The translations under genes and the position numbers were made by a program. Under the pieces are notes generated by a model. The model did no database searches, was not told the DNA's origin, and saw only the letters and a list, made by a program, of their open reading frames with translations. This document shows, one piece after another, positions 24,801 through 34,609 of a stretch of DNA of 39,307 nucleotides. The stretch is taken from NCBI GenBank assembly GCA_032718475.1, contig JAUCBJ010001605.1, positions 1 to 39,307 on the forward strand. Direction: 5' to 3'. The stretch's first letter is position 1, and each line of letters starts with the position of its first letter. The stretch is from Nemertoderma westbladi (lineage: Eukaryota > Animalia > Xenacoelomorpha).

Positions 24801-27800
24801 AACCAGTTCAGACACTCTCCCCTGACGTTGGCTAACCAATTCAGACACTCTCCCCTGACGTTGGCTAACCAGTTCAGACACTCTGCTCCGACACTGGCTA
24901 ACCAGTTCAGACACTCTGCCCTGACGTTGGCTAACCAGTTCAGACACTCTCTCCCGACACTGGCTAACCAGTTCAGACTCTCTCTGTAATATTAATTATA
25001 ATAAATAATTCGTTAATGAATAATAATAAGAAGTACCGGTACTAACCGGTTTCATTCTTTGCAGTGTTTGTAAAGGGTGTGAATCAGAGGACAAGTATTC
25101 TCCAGTAGTCAACTCCGATTCGATATCTCCAGCTTTATCTTTTAATTCCTAAGAAAATAATGTAAAAGTCTGAAAATCGGCGAGATTCAATAATGAACTG
25201 AATCTCTTAACGTCACAATAATATATTCCAAAACGAGGATCTGGAATGACAACCAACCTGGAACACTTTCTCATGACAACCAACCTGGAACACTTTGTCA
25301 TGACAACCAACCTGGAACACTTTGTCAATATTCGTAGAAACTGATTCGGTTTCCATTTTAACAAAATCCACTGCGGATTGTAAATGGAACTGTAACGCCT
25401 CCCAGTGTTTCTGAATGGACTCTTCTTGTTTCTCTTCCAATGCCGTTAGTTGCCGGTAGGTGGTTCTAATTATCTAAGAAATAACACAATAATTGGTAAC
25501 GCGTTAAAAGTGCATCTAAAGGGTGAAAATACAAAAGAAATCATAAAAATGTATACGAAGTGGCCTAACTGTGTCTCCAGACATTATAAATAAATTAAAT
25601 AAACTTTATTTTAATAAATAAAATAAATATAAACTACCTGGTAGAATAGTTTCATAGAAGAAACCGATTTCTGAAGTTCAGCAATTCGATTTTTCGTATT
25701 TAGAACAAACAGGGCGAATTGCGAGAAAGGAGCTGAATCACTTGGTCGCTCTTGTAGGATTCCTATAGCGTTAGTCATATCTATTTATAGAAGAATTGTG
25801 GGTTATAATGGGAAAAATCGTTATTTTGAATATTTTGATTGCTGTTGTTAGAGTTAAGAGTGATCTTGGATGCTGCCAGCCCCTCTGCGTATGGGCCACT
25901 GTCCCATACGCACCATAATAAATCGGCACCCACCCCCCCTAATACACTATATAAAAGGATACTGTATATTTTTATAGATCGCCTGCATACTTGTATTTAT
26001 ATATAATATTGAATATTTATATGTTGATTTTAATATATTTCTACCAGTCGCCCTCAAACCAGTACTGAAATATGTCCCTAAACTATTGGCCGGATTAAAT
26101 TAAATATTTATAGAAGAATAAAATAACAGAGATGAAATAGCAATAATTTCATTTCATTAGAAATTCAAAGTAAATAAAATCAAAAGTATAAATGATCTAC
26201 TAGTAGGTCAATGTATTACCAACGAAAACAAAATCAAATGCTGTTTTATTACCATTTTATATTAGAAGGTGCAGCAATAAGTGATCATTAAATACAATAC
26301 GTTTTTATCTCGAGTCCAAACCAATACGCAAAAAATAAATGGCATTTATAAGTAAAGCAAAGCGATAAGAATAAACAAATGATTTAAAATTATAAGAGAG
26401 CCTCGAAATAGCTTGAAAATGTTTCAGTTTATAGGATATCAAGTAACACTGTAATGCAAATATAACCTAAAGTGAGGATGATAATTTATACCGTTGGTGT
26501 ACATTAGACACATTTATACTAAAACTATCATTTACATAAATTAACATAATCATAGAGACTCACCTTCAATAAAGTCTTCACCTTTCTTCGAAACATGCAA
26601 GGTTATCTTCGTTACGATGTCTGTAAATATCTGGTTTAGTTTTGGGACGGTGTCGGTGTAAATTCTAGAACAATCAAGCTTTATAACATTCCTTTTGGTC
26701 GAGAGCGATTTGGGAACCGTTTTGCATCGTTCAATCCAACCTCTGAGTTTCATCAATAGAACCTAAATATTATTATATAAATAATCCGTAGTAGATGTGT
26801 CCAATGGCTCCCCACCCACCTCTGTGTCCGGTACCCCTCCCACCTCTGTGTCCAATGGCAACCCACCCACCTCTGTCCAATGGCTCCCACCCACCTCTGT
26901 GTCCAATGGTACCCCTCCCACCTCTGTGTCCAATAGTACCCCTCCCACCTCTGTGTCAAATGGCACCCCACCCACATATGTGTCCAATGGTACCCCTCCC
27001 ACCTCTGTGTCCGGTACCCCTCCCACCTCTGTGTCAAATGGCACCCCACCCACCTCTGTGTCCAATGGCACCCCACCCACATATGTGTCCAATGGTACCC
27101 CACCCACCTCTGTGCCCGGTACCCCTCCCACCTCTGTGTCAAATGGCACCCCACCCACCTCTGTGTGAAATGGCTCCCCACCCACATATGTGTCCAATGG
27201 TACTCCTCCCACCTCTGTGTCCGGTACCCCTCCCACCTCTGTGTCAAATGGCTCCCCACCCACATCTGTCCAATGGCTCCCCACCCACCTCTGTGTCCAA
27301 TGGTACCCCTCCCACCTCTGTGTCCGGTACCCCTCCCACCTCTGTGTCAAATGGCACCCCACCCACATCTGTGTCCAATGGCTCCCCACCCACATCTGTC
27401 CAATGGCTCCCCACCCACATATGTGTCCAATGGTACCCCTCCCACCTCTGTGTCCAATGGTACCCCTCCCACCTCTGTGTCAAATGGCACCCCACCCACA
27501 TATGTGTCCAATGGTACCCCTCCCACCTCTGTGTCCGGTACCCCTCCCACCTCTGTGTCAAATGGCACCCCACCCACATCTGTGTCCAATGGCTCCCCAC
27601 CCACATCTGTCCAATGGCTCCCCACCCACATATGTGTCCAATGGTACCCCTCCCACCTCTGTGTCCAATGGCACCCCTCCCACCTCTGTGTCCAATGGCA
27701 CCCCACCCACATCTGTGTACAATGGCACCCCACCCACCTCTGTGTCCAATGGCACCCCACCCACCTCTGTGTCCAATGGCACCCCACCCACATCTGTGTC

Positions 27801-30800
27801 CAATGGCTCCCCACCCGCATCTGTGTCCAATGAAACCCACCCACATCTGTCCAATGGCTCCCCACCCACCTCTGTGTCCAATGGCACCCCACCCATATCT
27901 GCGTCCAATGGCACCCCACCCACCTCAGTCCAATGGCACCCCACCCACCTCTGTTTACAATGCCACCCCTTCCACCTCTGTGTCCAATGACACCCCACCC
28001 ACATCTATATCCAATGGCTCCCACCCACATCTGTGTCCAATGGAACACACCCACCTCTGTGTCCAATGGCACCCCACCCATATCTGCGTCCAATGGCACC
28101 CCACCCACCTCTGTTTACAATGCCACCCCTTCCACCTCTGTGTCCAATGACACCCCTCCCACCTCTGTGTCAAATGGCACCCCACCCACATCTATGTCCA
28201 ATGGCACCTCACCCACCTCTGCTCCAATGGCTCCCCACCCACCTCTGTTTAGAATGCCACCCCTCCCACCTCTGTGTCCAATGGCATCCCTCCCACCTCT
28301 GTGTCAAATGGCACCCACCCACCTCTGTGACCAATGGCACCCCACCCACCTCTGTGACAAATGGCACCCCACCCACCTAAGTGACCAATGGCAAACCATC
28401 AACATCAGTGACCATGGCACTCCACCAACCTATGTGACCAGTGGTGCCCCGCCCACCACTGTGAGGTGACCAATGGCACACCTCCGACCTCAGTAACCAA
28501 TAGCTCCCCACCCACCTCTGTTTACAATGCCACCCCTCCCACCTCTGTGACGTGACCAATGGCACCCCTCCCACCTCTGTGTCAAATGGCACCCCACCCA
28601 CCTCTGTGACCAATGGCACCCCACCCACCTCTGTGACCAGTGGCACTCCACCAACCTCTGTGACAAATGGCACCCCACCCACCTAAGTGACCAATGGCAA
28701 ACCACCAACATCTGTGACCAATGGCACCACACCAACCTCTGTGTCCAGTGGTGCCCCGCCCACCTCTGTGACCATAGCACCCCTCCGACCTCAGTGACCA
28801 ATGGCTCCCCACCCACCTCTGTTGACAATGCCACCCCGCCCACCTCAATGACCATGGCAAACCACCAACATCTGTGACCAATGGCACCCCTCCCACCTCT
28901 GTGTCCAATGGCGCCCCACCCACCTCTGTGACCAATAGCACCCCTCCGACCTCAGTGACCAATGGCACCCCACCCACCTCTGTGACAAATGGCACCCAGC
29001 CCACCTAAATGACCAATGGCAAACCACCAACATCTGTGACCAATGGCACCACACCAACCTCTGTGTCCAATGGCACCCCACTAACATATGTGACCAATGG
29101 CACCCCACCCACATCTGTGACCAATGGCACCCCCCCCCCCCCCCCCCACCTACCTCTGTTTCATACGGCGAACTGAGTACATCGATGTCGGAGGAATTCC
29201 AACATTCTGGAAACTCTAATATTTCGCCCAGCCATAGTAGATCGTTGAAACCGTCTTCAAGCTCGGAGATATCGTCCAGAACCGTCTGGTGGACATCCGA
29301 TATCTTGGATTGTATTACCGGACTGTAAGGGAGTTAGTTGTATATAGAATATACATCAATATACATGCAATATACATATAATATACATACAATATACATA
29401 CAATATATAGAATATACATACAATATATAGAATATACATACAATATACATAGAATATACATACAATATACATACTAATATACATACAATATACATACAAT
29501 ATCATAGAATATACATACAATATACATGCAATATACATATAATATACATACAATATACATACAATATACATGCAATATACATATAATACACATATAATAT
29601 AAATACAATATACATACAATATACATACAATATACATACAATATATGAATATACATACAATATACATGCAATATGCATATAATACACATACAATATACAT
29701 ACAATATACATGCAAGATACATATAATATACATACAATATATAGAATATACATACAATATACATGCAATATACATACAATATATAGAATATACATACAAT
29801 ATACATGCAATATACATACAATATATAGAATATACATACAATATAAATGCAATATACATAAAATGTACATACAATATATAGAATATACATACAATATACA
29901 TATAATATACAGACAAGACAATATACATAGAATATACATACAATATACATGCAATATACATAGCAATATACATACAATATACATGCAATATACATACAAT
30001 ATACATACAATATACATACAATATACATACAATATACATGCAAGATACATATAATATACATACAATATACATACATATAATTATGCATGAATTTCAATCC
30101 GACATATTTTTCTATACTATTTCAGTACTGCTGTTGGAGAATTTATTTCGATTAATCAAAATAACTGCTGATATAATAATCAAAGCTTGTTTAGATTCTT
30201 GCAATTTTTTACGCATTTTTTTTCACAGCGTGGAATTAAATCTTGAAATTTTTTTTTCAGATTATCAATTCATTTCAAACGTTTCCATTTTGGATTTCAG
30301 TGTTCAGCACTAGTCAAGGCGTTAATAATTTTTAAATTCTCGAATCAAAGACAGTAATGCCAGTAAAGCCAGGCCCCCCTCACACGGAGCAAAACGTTAG
30401 TTTCCGCAACTTGTTTCTGAAACAAAAGCTGCTCCGTGTGGGGGGGAGGGGGGGGGGGGGGGATCAGCGATAAGTTGCTGGACATTGTAAGAAACATTGC
30501 CCAACAAAAGTTATTGTGTGTGAGAAGTCCAGCAACAAGTTGTTGGAACATTTTTAAAAGTTATATTCCCACCAACTTTATTAAAAACATATTATATCAC
30601 AGCCCACTTTTTTTCTAGTTAATATTAATAGTGATTTGAAATTATATAGAAATGACTGCACATGTTAGCTATTGATTTTGAAATAATTGTTATTTTCTTG
30701 AGCAAAACGTTTTTGTGTTTGAGGGGGCCAAGCAACAAGTTGCAAAAAAAAGTTTCGGAAACAAGTTGCAGTAACAGCTCTGAGTGAGGGGGGCTAACAT

Positions 30801-31176
30801 ATTTAAATACTATTGACCATTGGCTATTCTAGAATCAGGGAAACTAACTCTCGGGCTAATAAACAACGTATCGAGTCGGTTCTCCAAGGTGAATCTGCTG
30901 ACAGAAAAGTTTCCCCATGTACTTCCAATCCCTGTACCATTCCAAAGCTCTGCGTAGCGACCGGGGTAGCAACAGCCAATGGGTAATCTGAACGTGTGGG
31001 TGCAATGAAGTCCGGTAGAGGGCGGTCTGGTCCCACACTTCTATCCGTCGACATTGGGGACCGTATGACGTTATCCATCGGAGTGCTGACGTCACAAATT
31101 ACGTTAATAATATTAGTCATCGCTGAGTCAAGTAAATTCATAACAAATTCTTTACCAGGATTACAACACAAATTTC
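281..31176 (-). CDS. DNHD1: Divergent dynein heavy chain gene, DNHD1-like (partial; 18 exons, ~11.7 kb coding in window, continues beyond both ends)
   Basis: Hand-joined GT-AG exons have compatible phases throughout and give dynein motifs in the expected order: IWQY..W..TPF, LRHPAIK|SHHW, RFMFL|SDSELVSML, GETL..GEW, YQYEYFG, four P-loop regions, stalk/MTBD (DIEEIRSYREPP), WPILVDPDRQA, HPDFRLFL. Dynein family membership is secure. The DNHD1 label is inferred from the degenerate AAA1/AAA4 and overall divergence. Confidence 0.8.
1278..1429 (-). CDS. Dynein heavy chain-like exon (TLGKQRG...NCDVSR)
   Basis: ttattag| acceptor, AG|gtaaat donor, 152 nt open. Phase 0 to 2 links both flanking exons. 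Confidence 0.7.
2017..10321 (-). CDS. DNHD1: Giant 8,305-nt exon: dynein motor domain (AAA1-AAA4, stalk/MTBD, AAA5, AAA6 region)
   Basis: ORF 1999..10332. Acceptor gttccag| at 10322-10323, donor CAG|gtgaga at 2015-2016. P-loops GPSSAGKC, GPSGGGKT, GEKGSGKT; WVVLDGD; RLIRHF; PHYIFN; coiled-coil stalk. Confidence 0.95.
10353..11799. mobile_element. Non-autonomous hAT-type DNA transposon
   Basis: Perfect 15-bp TIRs caggggcgccggaag / cttccggcgcccctg and perfect 8-bp TSD ataattac (10345-10352, 11800-11807). No transposase ORF. Confidence 0.92.
12217..12388 (-). CDS. Dynein exon (..RYSLQSLLVTASVLWKRSAEKCL..)
   Basis: ttattcag| acceptor, AAG|gtgatg donor, phase 1 to 2, open. Matches the linker 'Q..l...i.Wt..ve' pattern. 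Confidence 0.85.
12587..12760 (-). CDS. Dynein exon (..IIGFSGYNGETLRL..GEWYLGLELAMK..)
   Basis: gttacag| acceptor, CAG|gtagtg donor, phase 1 to 1. Matches the linker 'g..s.eGE....E.WL..le..M' pattern. Confidence 0.88.
12935..13132. repeat. 33-bp tandem repeat, 6 copies (gtaatattgcgttgtggtctgttcgtgtatttg)
   Basis: Six near-identical units directly visible. Confidence 0.95.
13270..13660 (+). mobile_element. Decayed 3' fragment of an RTE-type non-LTR retrotransposon
   Basis: Broken translation ..MLR..RILFA*DCFRR..FIRRFLKDTGLEGADNLTKVMGDMELWRRNV resembles the RTE ORF C-terminus (RLRFAGHC.R...DTGl....M.DR..WR). Followed by a short tandem duplication (tagcggatccttaa-like x2) and a taag/tag-like tail. 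Confidence 0.6.
13658..15340. repeat. 48-bp tandem array (~35 copies) made of exon 3' end plus 5' splice site
   Basis: Minus-strand unit actaatgggatcaatcaggagttagacttccagatccatg|gtaggttt. The first copy is the real exon end. Three units have a 1-bp deletion. Confidence 0.95.
15299..15459 (-). CDS. Dynein exon (SDSELVSMLESS...ELDFQIH); 3' boundary ambiguous because the donor is repeated
   Basis: ttccatag| acceptor completes RFMFL-S-DSEL (cf. FPRFYFLSNDELL). First donor CATG|gtaggt at 15297-15298. Confidence 0.85.
15618..15814 (-). CDS. Dynein exon (EIMKWIAADPKV...ERKEYSRFMFL)
   Basis: ctcttag| acceptor, AG|gtaagt donor, phase 0 to 2; ORF 15614..15808. Confidence 0.9.
16135..16359 (-). CDS. 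Dynein exon (DSKITIENLLQSP...FQCKW...NDSFL)
   Basis: tttttag| acceptor, TTA|gtaagt donor, 75 codons; Q.KW motif of the DHC_N2 region. Confidence 0.88.
16487..16554 (-). CDS. Dynein small exon (ALKHVLSTYVILAPIEQILDWVE)
   Basis: ttttttag| acceptor, GAG|gtaagt donor, phase 1 to 0. Confidence 0.85.
16592..17280. mobile_element. Non-autonomous foldback/MITE element, IS3EU-like (TAT...ATA termini, 6-bp TSD)
   Basis: TIRs tatggggcgccgttatcgccaaa / tttggcggtaacggcgccccata, TSD tatttg on both sides. Arms are built of ~14-bp ggaagtcagaaaat repeats in opposite orientations. Superfamily label inferred from termini and TSD length. Confidence 0.85.
17566..17803 (-). CDS. Dynein exon (SHHWSTIFHG...AVAEDELAKNLEELDVRW...)
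   Basis: cccttag| acceptor, ACG|gtgaga donor, phase 0 to 1. HW and A..E..l...l..l...W motifs. Confidence 0.9.
17790..18110. repeat. 32-bp tandem array (~9 copies) derived from the intron/exon acceptor junction
   Basis: Minus-strand unit cttatattctctccctaaccccaccattggtc aligns to the true junction cttatattctcccttag|tctcaccattggtc. Confidence 0.9.
18582..18758 (-). CDS. Dynein exon (FNVLKTSNKLKEW...LRHPAIK)
   Basis: ttttatag| acceptor, AAG|gtaagt donor, 59 codons open. Confidence 0.9.
18907..19104 (-). CDS. Dynein exon (RMDVLDDL...IWQYL...EWNTTPFHK)
   Basis: aattacag| acceptor, AAG|gtaatt donor, 66 codons; start of the DHC_N2-like region. Confidence 0.9.
19140..19221. repeat. 38-bp tandem duplication
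   Basis: aaaaaactaacacaatagacgaatccctccacgtagcg present twice with a few mismatches. Confidence 0.85.
19325..19364 (-). ncRNA. Degenerate minimal hammerhead-ribozyme-like motif (probable retroelement remnant)
   Basis: Minus strand reads CTGAGGA-GGCCA(AAT)TGGCC-GAAAC followed by an interrupted palindrome (cc)acagcgcttgttc. Core boxes and stem II are intact; stems I and III are not. Confidence 0.5.
19370..24983. repeat. 33-bp minisatellite, ~170 copies (ccagttcagacactctctcccgacactggctaa) with higher-order blocks
   Basis: Directly visible. Accounts for all the repetitive ORFs in this interval. Confidence 0.97.
25047..25148 (-). CDS. Dynein tail exon (ELKDKAGDIESE...LQRMKP)
   Basis: ttcttag| acceptor, CCG|gttagt donor, 34 codons, phase 0 to 0. 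Confidence 0.85.
25246..25327. repeat. 27-bp x3 repeat spanning an exon end and donor site
   Basis: Minus-strand unit gacaaagtgttccag|gttggttgtcat; GT donors begin at 25311, 25284 and 25257. Confidence 0.92.
25312..25473 (-). CDS. Dynein tail exon (IIRTTYRQLTALEEK...IDKVFQ)
   Basis: ttcttag| acceptor, CAG|gttggt donor (first of three), 54 codons. Confidence 0.85.
25638..25780 (-). CDS. Dynein tail exon (DMTNAIGILQERP...MKLFYQ)
   Basis: taaatag| acceptor, CAG|gtagtt donor, phase 1 to 0, open. Confidence 0.82.
26564..26762 (-). CDS. Dynein tail exon (VLLMKLRGWIERCKTVP...GEDFIE)
   Basis: atttag| acceptor, AAG|gtgagt donor, phase 0 to 1; ORF 26550..26756. Confidence 0.85.
26795..29159. repeat. 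Degenerate ~27-bp C-rich minisatellite derived from the adjacent donor site
   Basis: Minus-strand unit acagag|gtgggtggggtgccattggac matches the real junction ACAGAG|gtaggtgggg...tgccattggtc. 24-27-bp variants occur. Confidence 0.9.
29154..29322 (-). CDS. Dynein tail exon (PVIQSKISDVHQ...SPYETE)
   Basis: ccttacag| acceptor, GAG|gtaggt donor, phase 2 to 0, open. Confidence 0.82.
29341..30080. repeat. AT-rich ~11-bp tandem repeat (aatatacatac)n
   Basis: Directly visible low-complexity array starting ~17 bp from an acceptor. Confidence 0.95.
30372..30794. mobile_element. MITE-like element with imperfect TIRs (possibly PIF/Harbinger-like)
   Basis: gcccccctcacacggagc...gcaacttgtttc versus gaaacaagttgc...gctctgagtgaggggggc, with internal partial TIR copies. 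TSD not clear. Confidence 0.6.
30849..31176 (-). CDS. Most 5' dynein exon found (NLCCNPGKEFV...RCLLAR)
   Basis: tttttcag| acceptor, GA|gttagt donor (phase 2 fits the next exon); ORF 30824..31171. Confidence 0.72.
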
Positions 31177-31552
31177 CTGAAAAAAATTAAAATAAATTGT
31201 ATATAGATATGGATATTAATACAAAAGCCGAAGTTCTATGATGTGATTAATTACATGCTCATTTTAAAATTACTTTACTTAACGGAATTAGTTTTGGCAG
31301 CGAATTGTTCATGCATGAATGGATGAATTCTATGGATCCAAAACAATAAACTAAACACAATAGAACAGGTTACAAGTTTTATTTTTGAGAGAAATCAGCT
31401 GTTATTTGCGTCCAATTTTCCCTGGAGAGGGATTAATTTTTATTGCACCCATAGTTTTGTTAAGTCAGCATAGCATCTCATGTCCAGCTGCAATGCATCA
31501 GGCCGATTATCGTAGTTGTAGTAGTTCATCCATAGATAACAACATGGTTGGA

Positions 31553-31954
31553 CTAAATTAGAACTGTACACCATTCAATAGAGAAGTAATGTAGGCCTAA
31601 ATTAGAACTGTACACCATTCAATAGAGAAGTAATGTAGGCCTAAATTAGAACTGTACACCATTCAATAGAGAAGTAATGTAGGCCTAAATTAGAACTGTA
31701 CACCATTCAATAGAGAAGTAATGTAGGCCTAAATTAGAACTGTACACCATTCAATAGAGAAGTAATGTAGGCCTAAATTAGAACTGTACAGCATTCAATA
31801 GAGAAATAATGTAGGACTAAATTAGAACTGTACACCATTCAATAGAGAAATAATGTAGGACTAAATTAGAACTGTACACCATTCAATAGAGAAATAATGT
31901 AGGCCTAAATTAGAACTGTACACCATTCAATAGAGAAATAATGTAGGCCTAAAT
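31553..31954. repeat. 44-bp tandem array, left block (~9 copies)
   Basis: Unit ctaaattagaactgtacaccattcaatagagaa(a/g)taatgtaggc. Confidence 0.96.
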
Positions 31955-34608
31955 AAGATACTTCTAACACGATTGTAGGTGTCTCAGAAACATGGCTAAA
32001 AAAACACCACAGTTCACGGTCAGTAGGTCTACCGGGTTTTACACTATACAGGGCAGATAGGAAACGGAGGAAGGGAGGGGGGGGGGGGTTGCACTGTATA
32101 TTCCGAGCACAATGCCTCATAAACAATTACCAGATCTAACGAATAAAAATAAACACTGCAATTACGACTCACTCTGGCTAGAAATAAACTCAAAGGTAAC
32201 ATTAGGTATAGTTTACAGACCGCCACAAACTAGTAAGCATCAGTTTTTAATTGACATTAGCGAGGAAATCGAACACGCATTAAATAACGGCAACACTGAA
32301 ACATTAATAATGGGTGACACAAAGTTTGATTTATTAGACAAAGAGGACTCCAAGGACTATACCAAAGTACTAAACAACTACAACTTGACATTACTGAATA
32401 CTACAAACATCACACACTATGTCAATGGCAAAACAAAGGACTCATTAATAGACCACTTCATAACTTCCAACGCAACTATAAACATAAAAAATACAATAAC
32501 TGCTAACTGCGACCATTCCGACCATGAATTTATACTTTTGCATAGAAACGACAATGTGGCACCAAAAATCATCCGCCACGGGACCTCCAGGTGGTGCACA
32601 TATCGCGACTACTCTAAATTTGTTGAAAAAAAATGTCTCAATGATTTAGGCAAAATTGACTGGGCACCAATATATACTTTGCAAGTAAATGACAGCTATG
32701 AGTACTTTGAACGTGAAATTGAAACGGTGTTTAATGCACATGTACCACTAAAAAGAAAGTTAATTAAAAGGAACAAAAATTTGAAACAAAACGAGTGGTA
32801 TACAAAAGAATTGGAAGACCTAAAATGTGACAAGGATACAAAATTATATAAATTTCGATCGACAAAAACCACCGAAGATTATAAAATATTCAAATTAGCT
32901 AGAAATAAATATAACAACTTAAATAGCCGATTGAAAAATATGCATATCAAGTCAAAATTTGTAAATGAAAAATCAGTTCGCTCCCGTTGGTCTATAATTA
33001 ATTCAATATTAAATAAAAACAAAAATAACAATCCAGTTGAACAAATTCAAAATGCAAAGGGCTATAAAATCACGGATCCGATAAAAATTGCAATTATATT
33101 CAATCGCGTATTCAAAAAATTAGGTGAATTTAAAAAATTTAGAAATAAAATGATATAAAAACAGCCAAATAGTAGTTATATAGCAAAACAAAATGCAGAC
33201 GATACATTTGCTTTTAAAAACATATCTGAATTTGAAATAATGAATATTCTCGAAAAACTTAATACAAATAAACCAAACGGGCCGTCTAACTTACCACCAC
33301 GTATAATTAAATAAACCAAACGGGCCGTCTAACTTACCAAACGGGCCGTCTAACTTACCAAACGGGCCGTCTAACTTACCAAACGGGCCGTCTAACTTAC
33401 CACCACGTATAATTAAATTAGCGAGATCAAAAATTATATTTCCATTTACATCAATAATAAATAAATGCCTCACAACATCTGCTTTTCCCGATAAATTAAA
33501 AGCCGCATATGTTACACCTGTATTTAAAGACGGAGACAGACTGGAACCTACTAACTACAGGCCGATTTCAGTTATATCTACCTTCAGTAAAATATTTGAA
33601 ATGTAATACTGAACCAAATGCTTAATTACGTTACAGACGAGAAAATAATTAATCGTAGGCAATTTGGATTTAGAAAACGTTATTCTACTACTGATGCATT
33701 AATATACACAACAGAAACCTGGCGATCATTATTAGACAAAAATAAATATGTCGCAGTTGCAGCGCTAGACTTAGCGAAAGCATTTAATTCCATTAATCAT
33801 AAAATATTGCTTGAAAAATTAACTAGATTGGGGTTTCACAGTACATCGATTCGATTACTAAATAGCTACTTAACCGACAGAAAACAAAAAGTAAAGATGA
33901 ATAATGTTTTTTCGGAATGGGTCAAAATTAACAGGGGGGTACCACAGGGAACACAGCTAGGGCCGCTTTTGTACCTACTTTACGCTAACGATATTGCACT
34001 ACTAAAAGATCTAGACCTAGTACAATACGCCGATGACACATTGATATTTTACACCCATTCAGACCCACAAACTGCAACTAAAATTCTCTCAGAGCAAATA
34101 ACCGCAGTAGAAAAGGAATTGACAAAAAATCAGCTCATGTTAAATACAGGTAAAACTAAATTTATACTAATATCACCAAAACAACGAAATGACAATGTAA
34201 ATACAATCACCCTTGATACAGCAACATGTAAAATAGAACAATGTACAACATTTAAATATCTAGGAGTAATTTTGGACAATCAACTTAATTGGAAAGAACA
34301 GATAAAAAAGGCTTCACATAAAATGGCGCTAGCCATATCTTGCCTACGACGAATAAAAGGACAGCTTCCACGCAAGACTAAGCTAAATATATATAAGGCT
34401 ACTGTACTTCCCTTTCACAACTACTGTTCACAATTGCTAATACCATTACATGACCTACACGGATACAAGCAGTTACTGTACGATCTTGAAAAACAACAGA
34501 ATTACGCACTACGACTAGTATTTGGGAGGCAAATAAGAGACAGTACTGGGACCGAACTACGACAACTTGCTAAATTGCCGAATCTACACTCATTGCGTGA
34601 ATTCAATT
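31955..34608 (+). mobile_element. Inactivated CR1/L2-type LINE ORF2 fragment (APE endonuclease + reverse transcriptase)
   Basis: GVSETWL, YRPP, MGD, SLIDH, SDH (APE); NYRPIS, QFGFR, LDLAKAF, GVPQG..LGP, YADD, KYLG (RT). Frameshifts or stops near 32080, 33156, 33266-33418 and 33605. Both ends truncated. Confidence 0.93.
33266..33418. repeat. Nested 43-bp duplication plus 21-bp x4 repeat inside the LINE
   Basis: aaacgggccgtctaacttacc is repeated and interrupts the K..GP motif upstream of RT. Confidence 0.9.
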
Positions 34609-34609
34609 C

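Noticed and set aside
19228-24989. Long repetitive ORFs on both strands (for example the 1008-aa SELVSQCRERV repeat) as independent genes
   Set aside because: Expected by-product of a stop-poor 33-bp unit, with frameshifts and ORFs in several frames. Only the splice-in hypothesis is retained as a finding.
26753-30097. Mucin-like, Trp/Cys-rich and Tyr/Ile-rich ORFs
   Set aside because: Translations of intronic tandem repeats, open in many frames at once.
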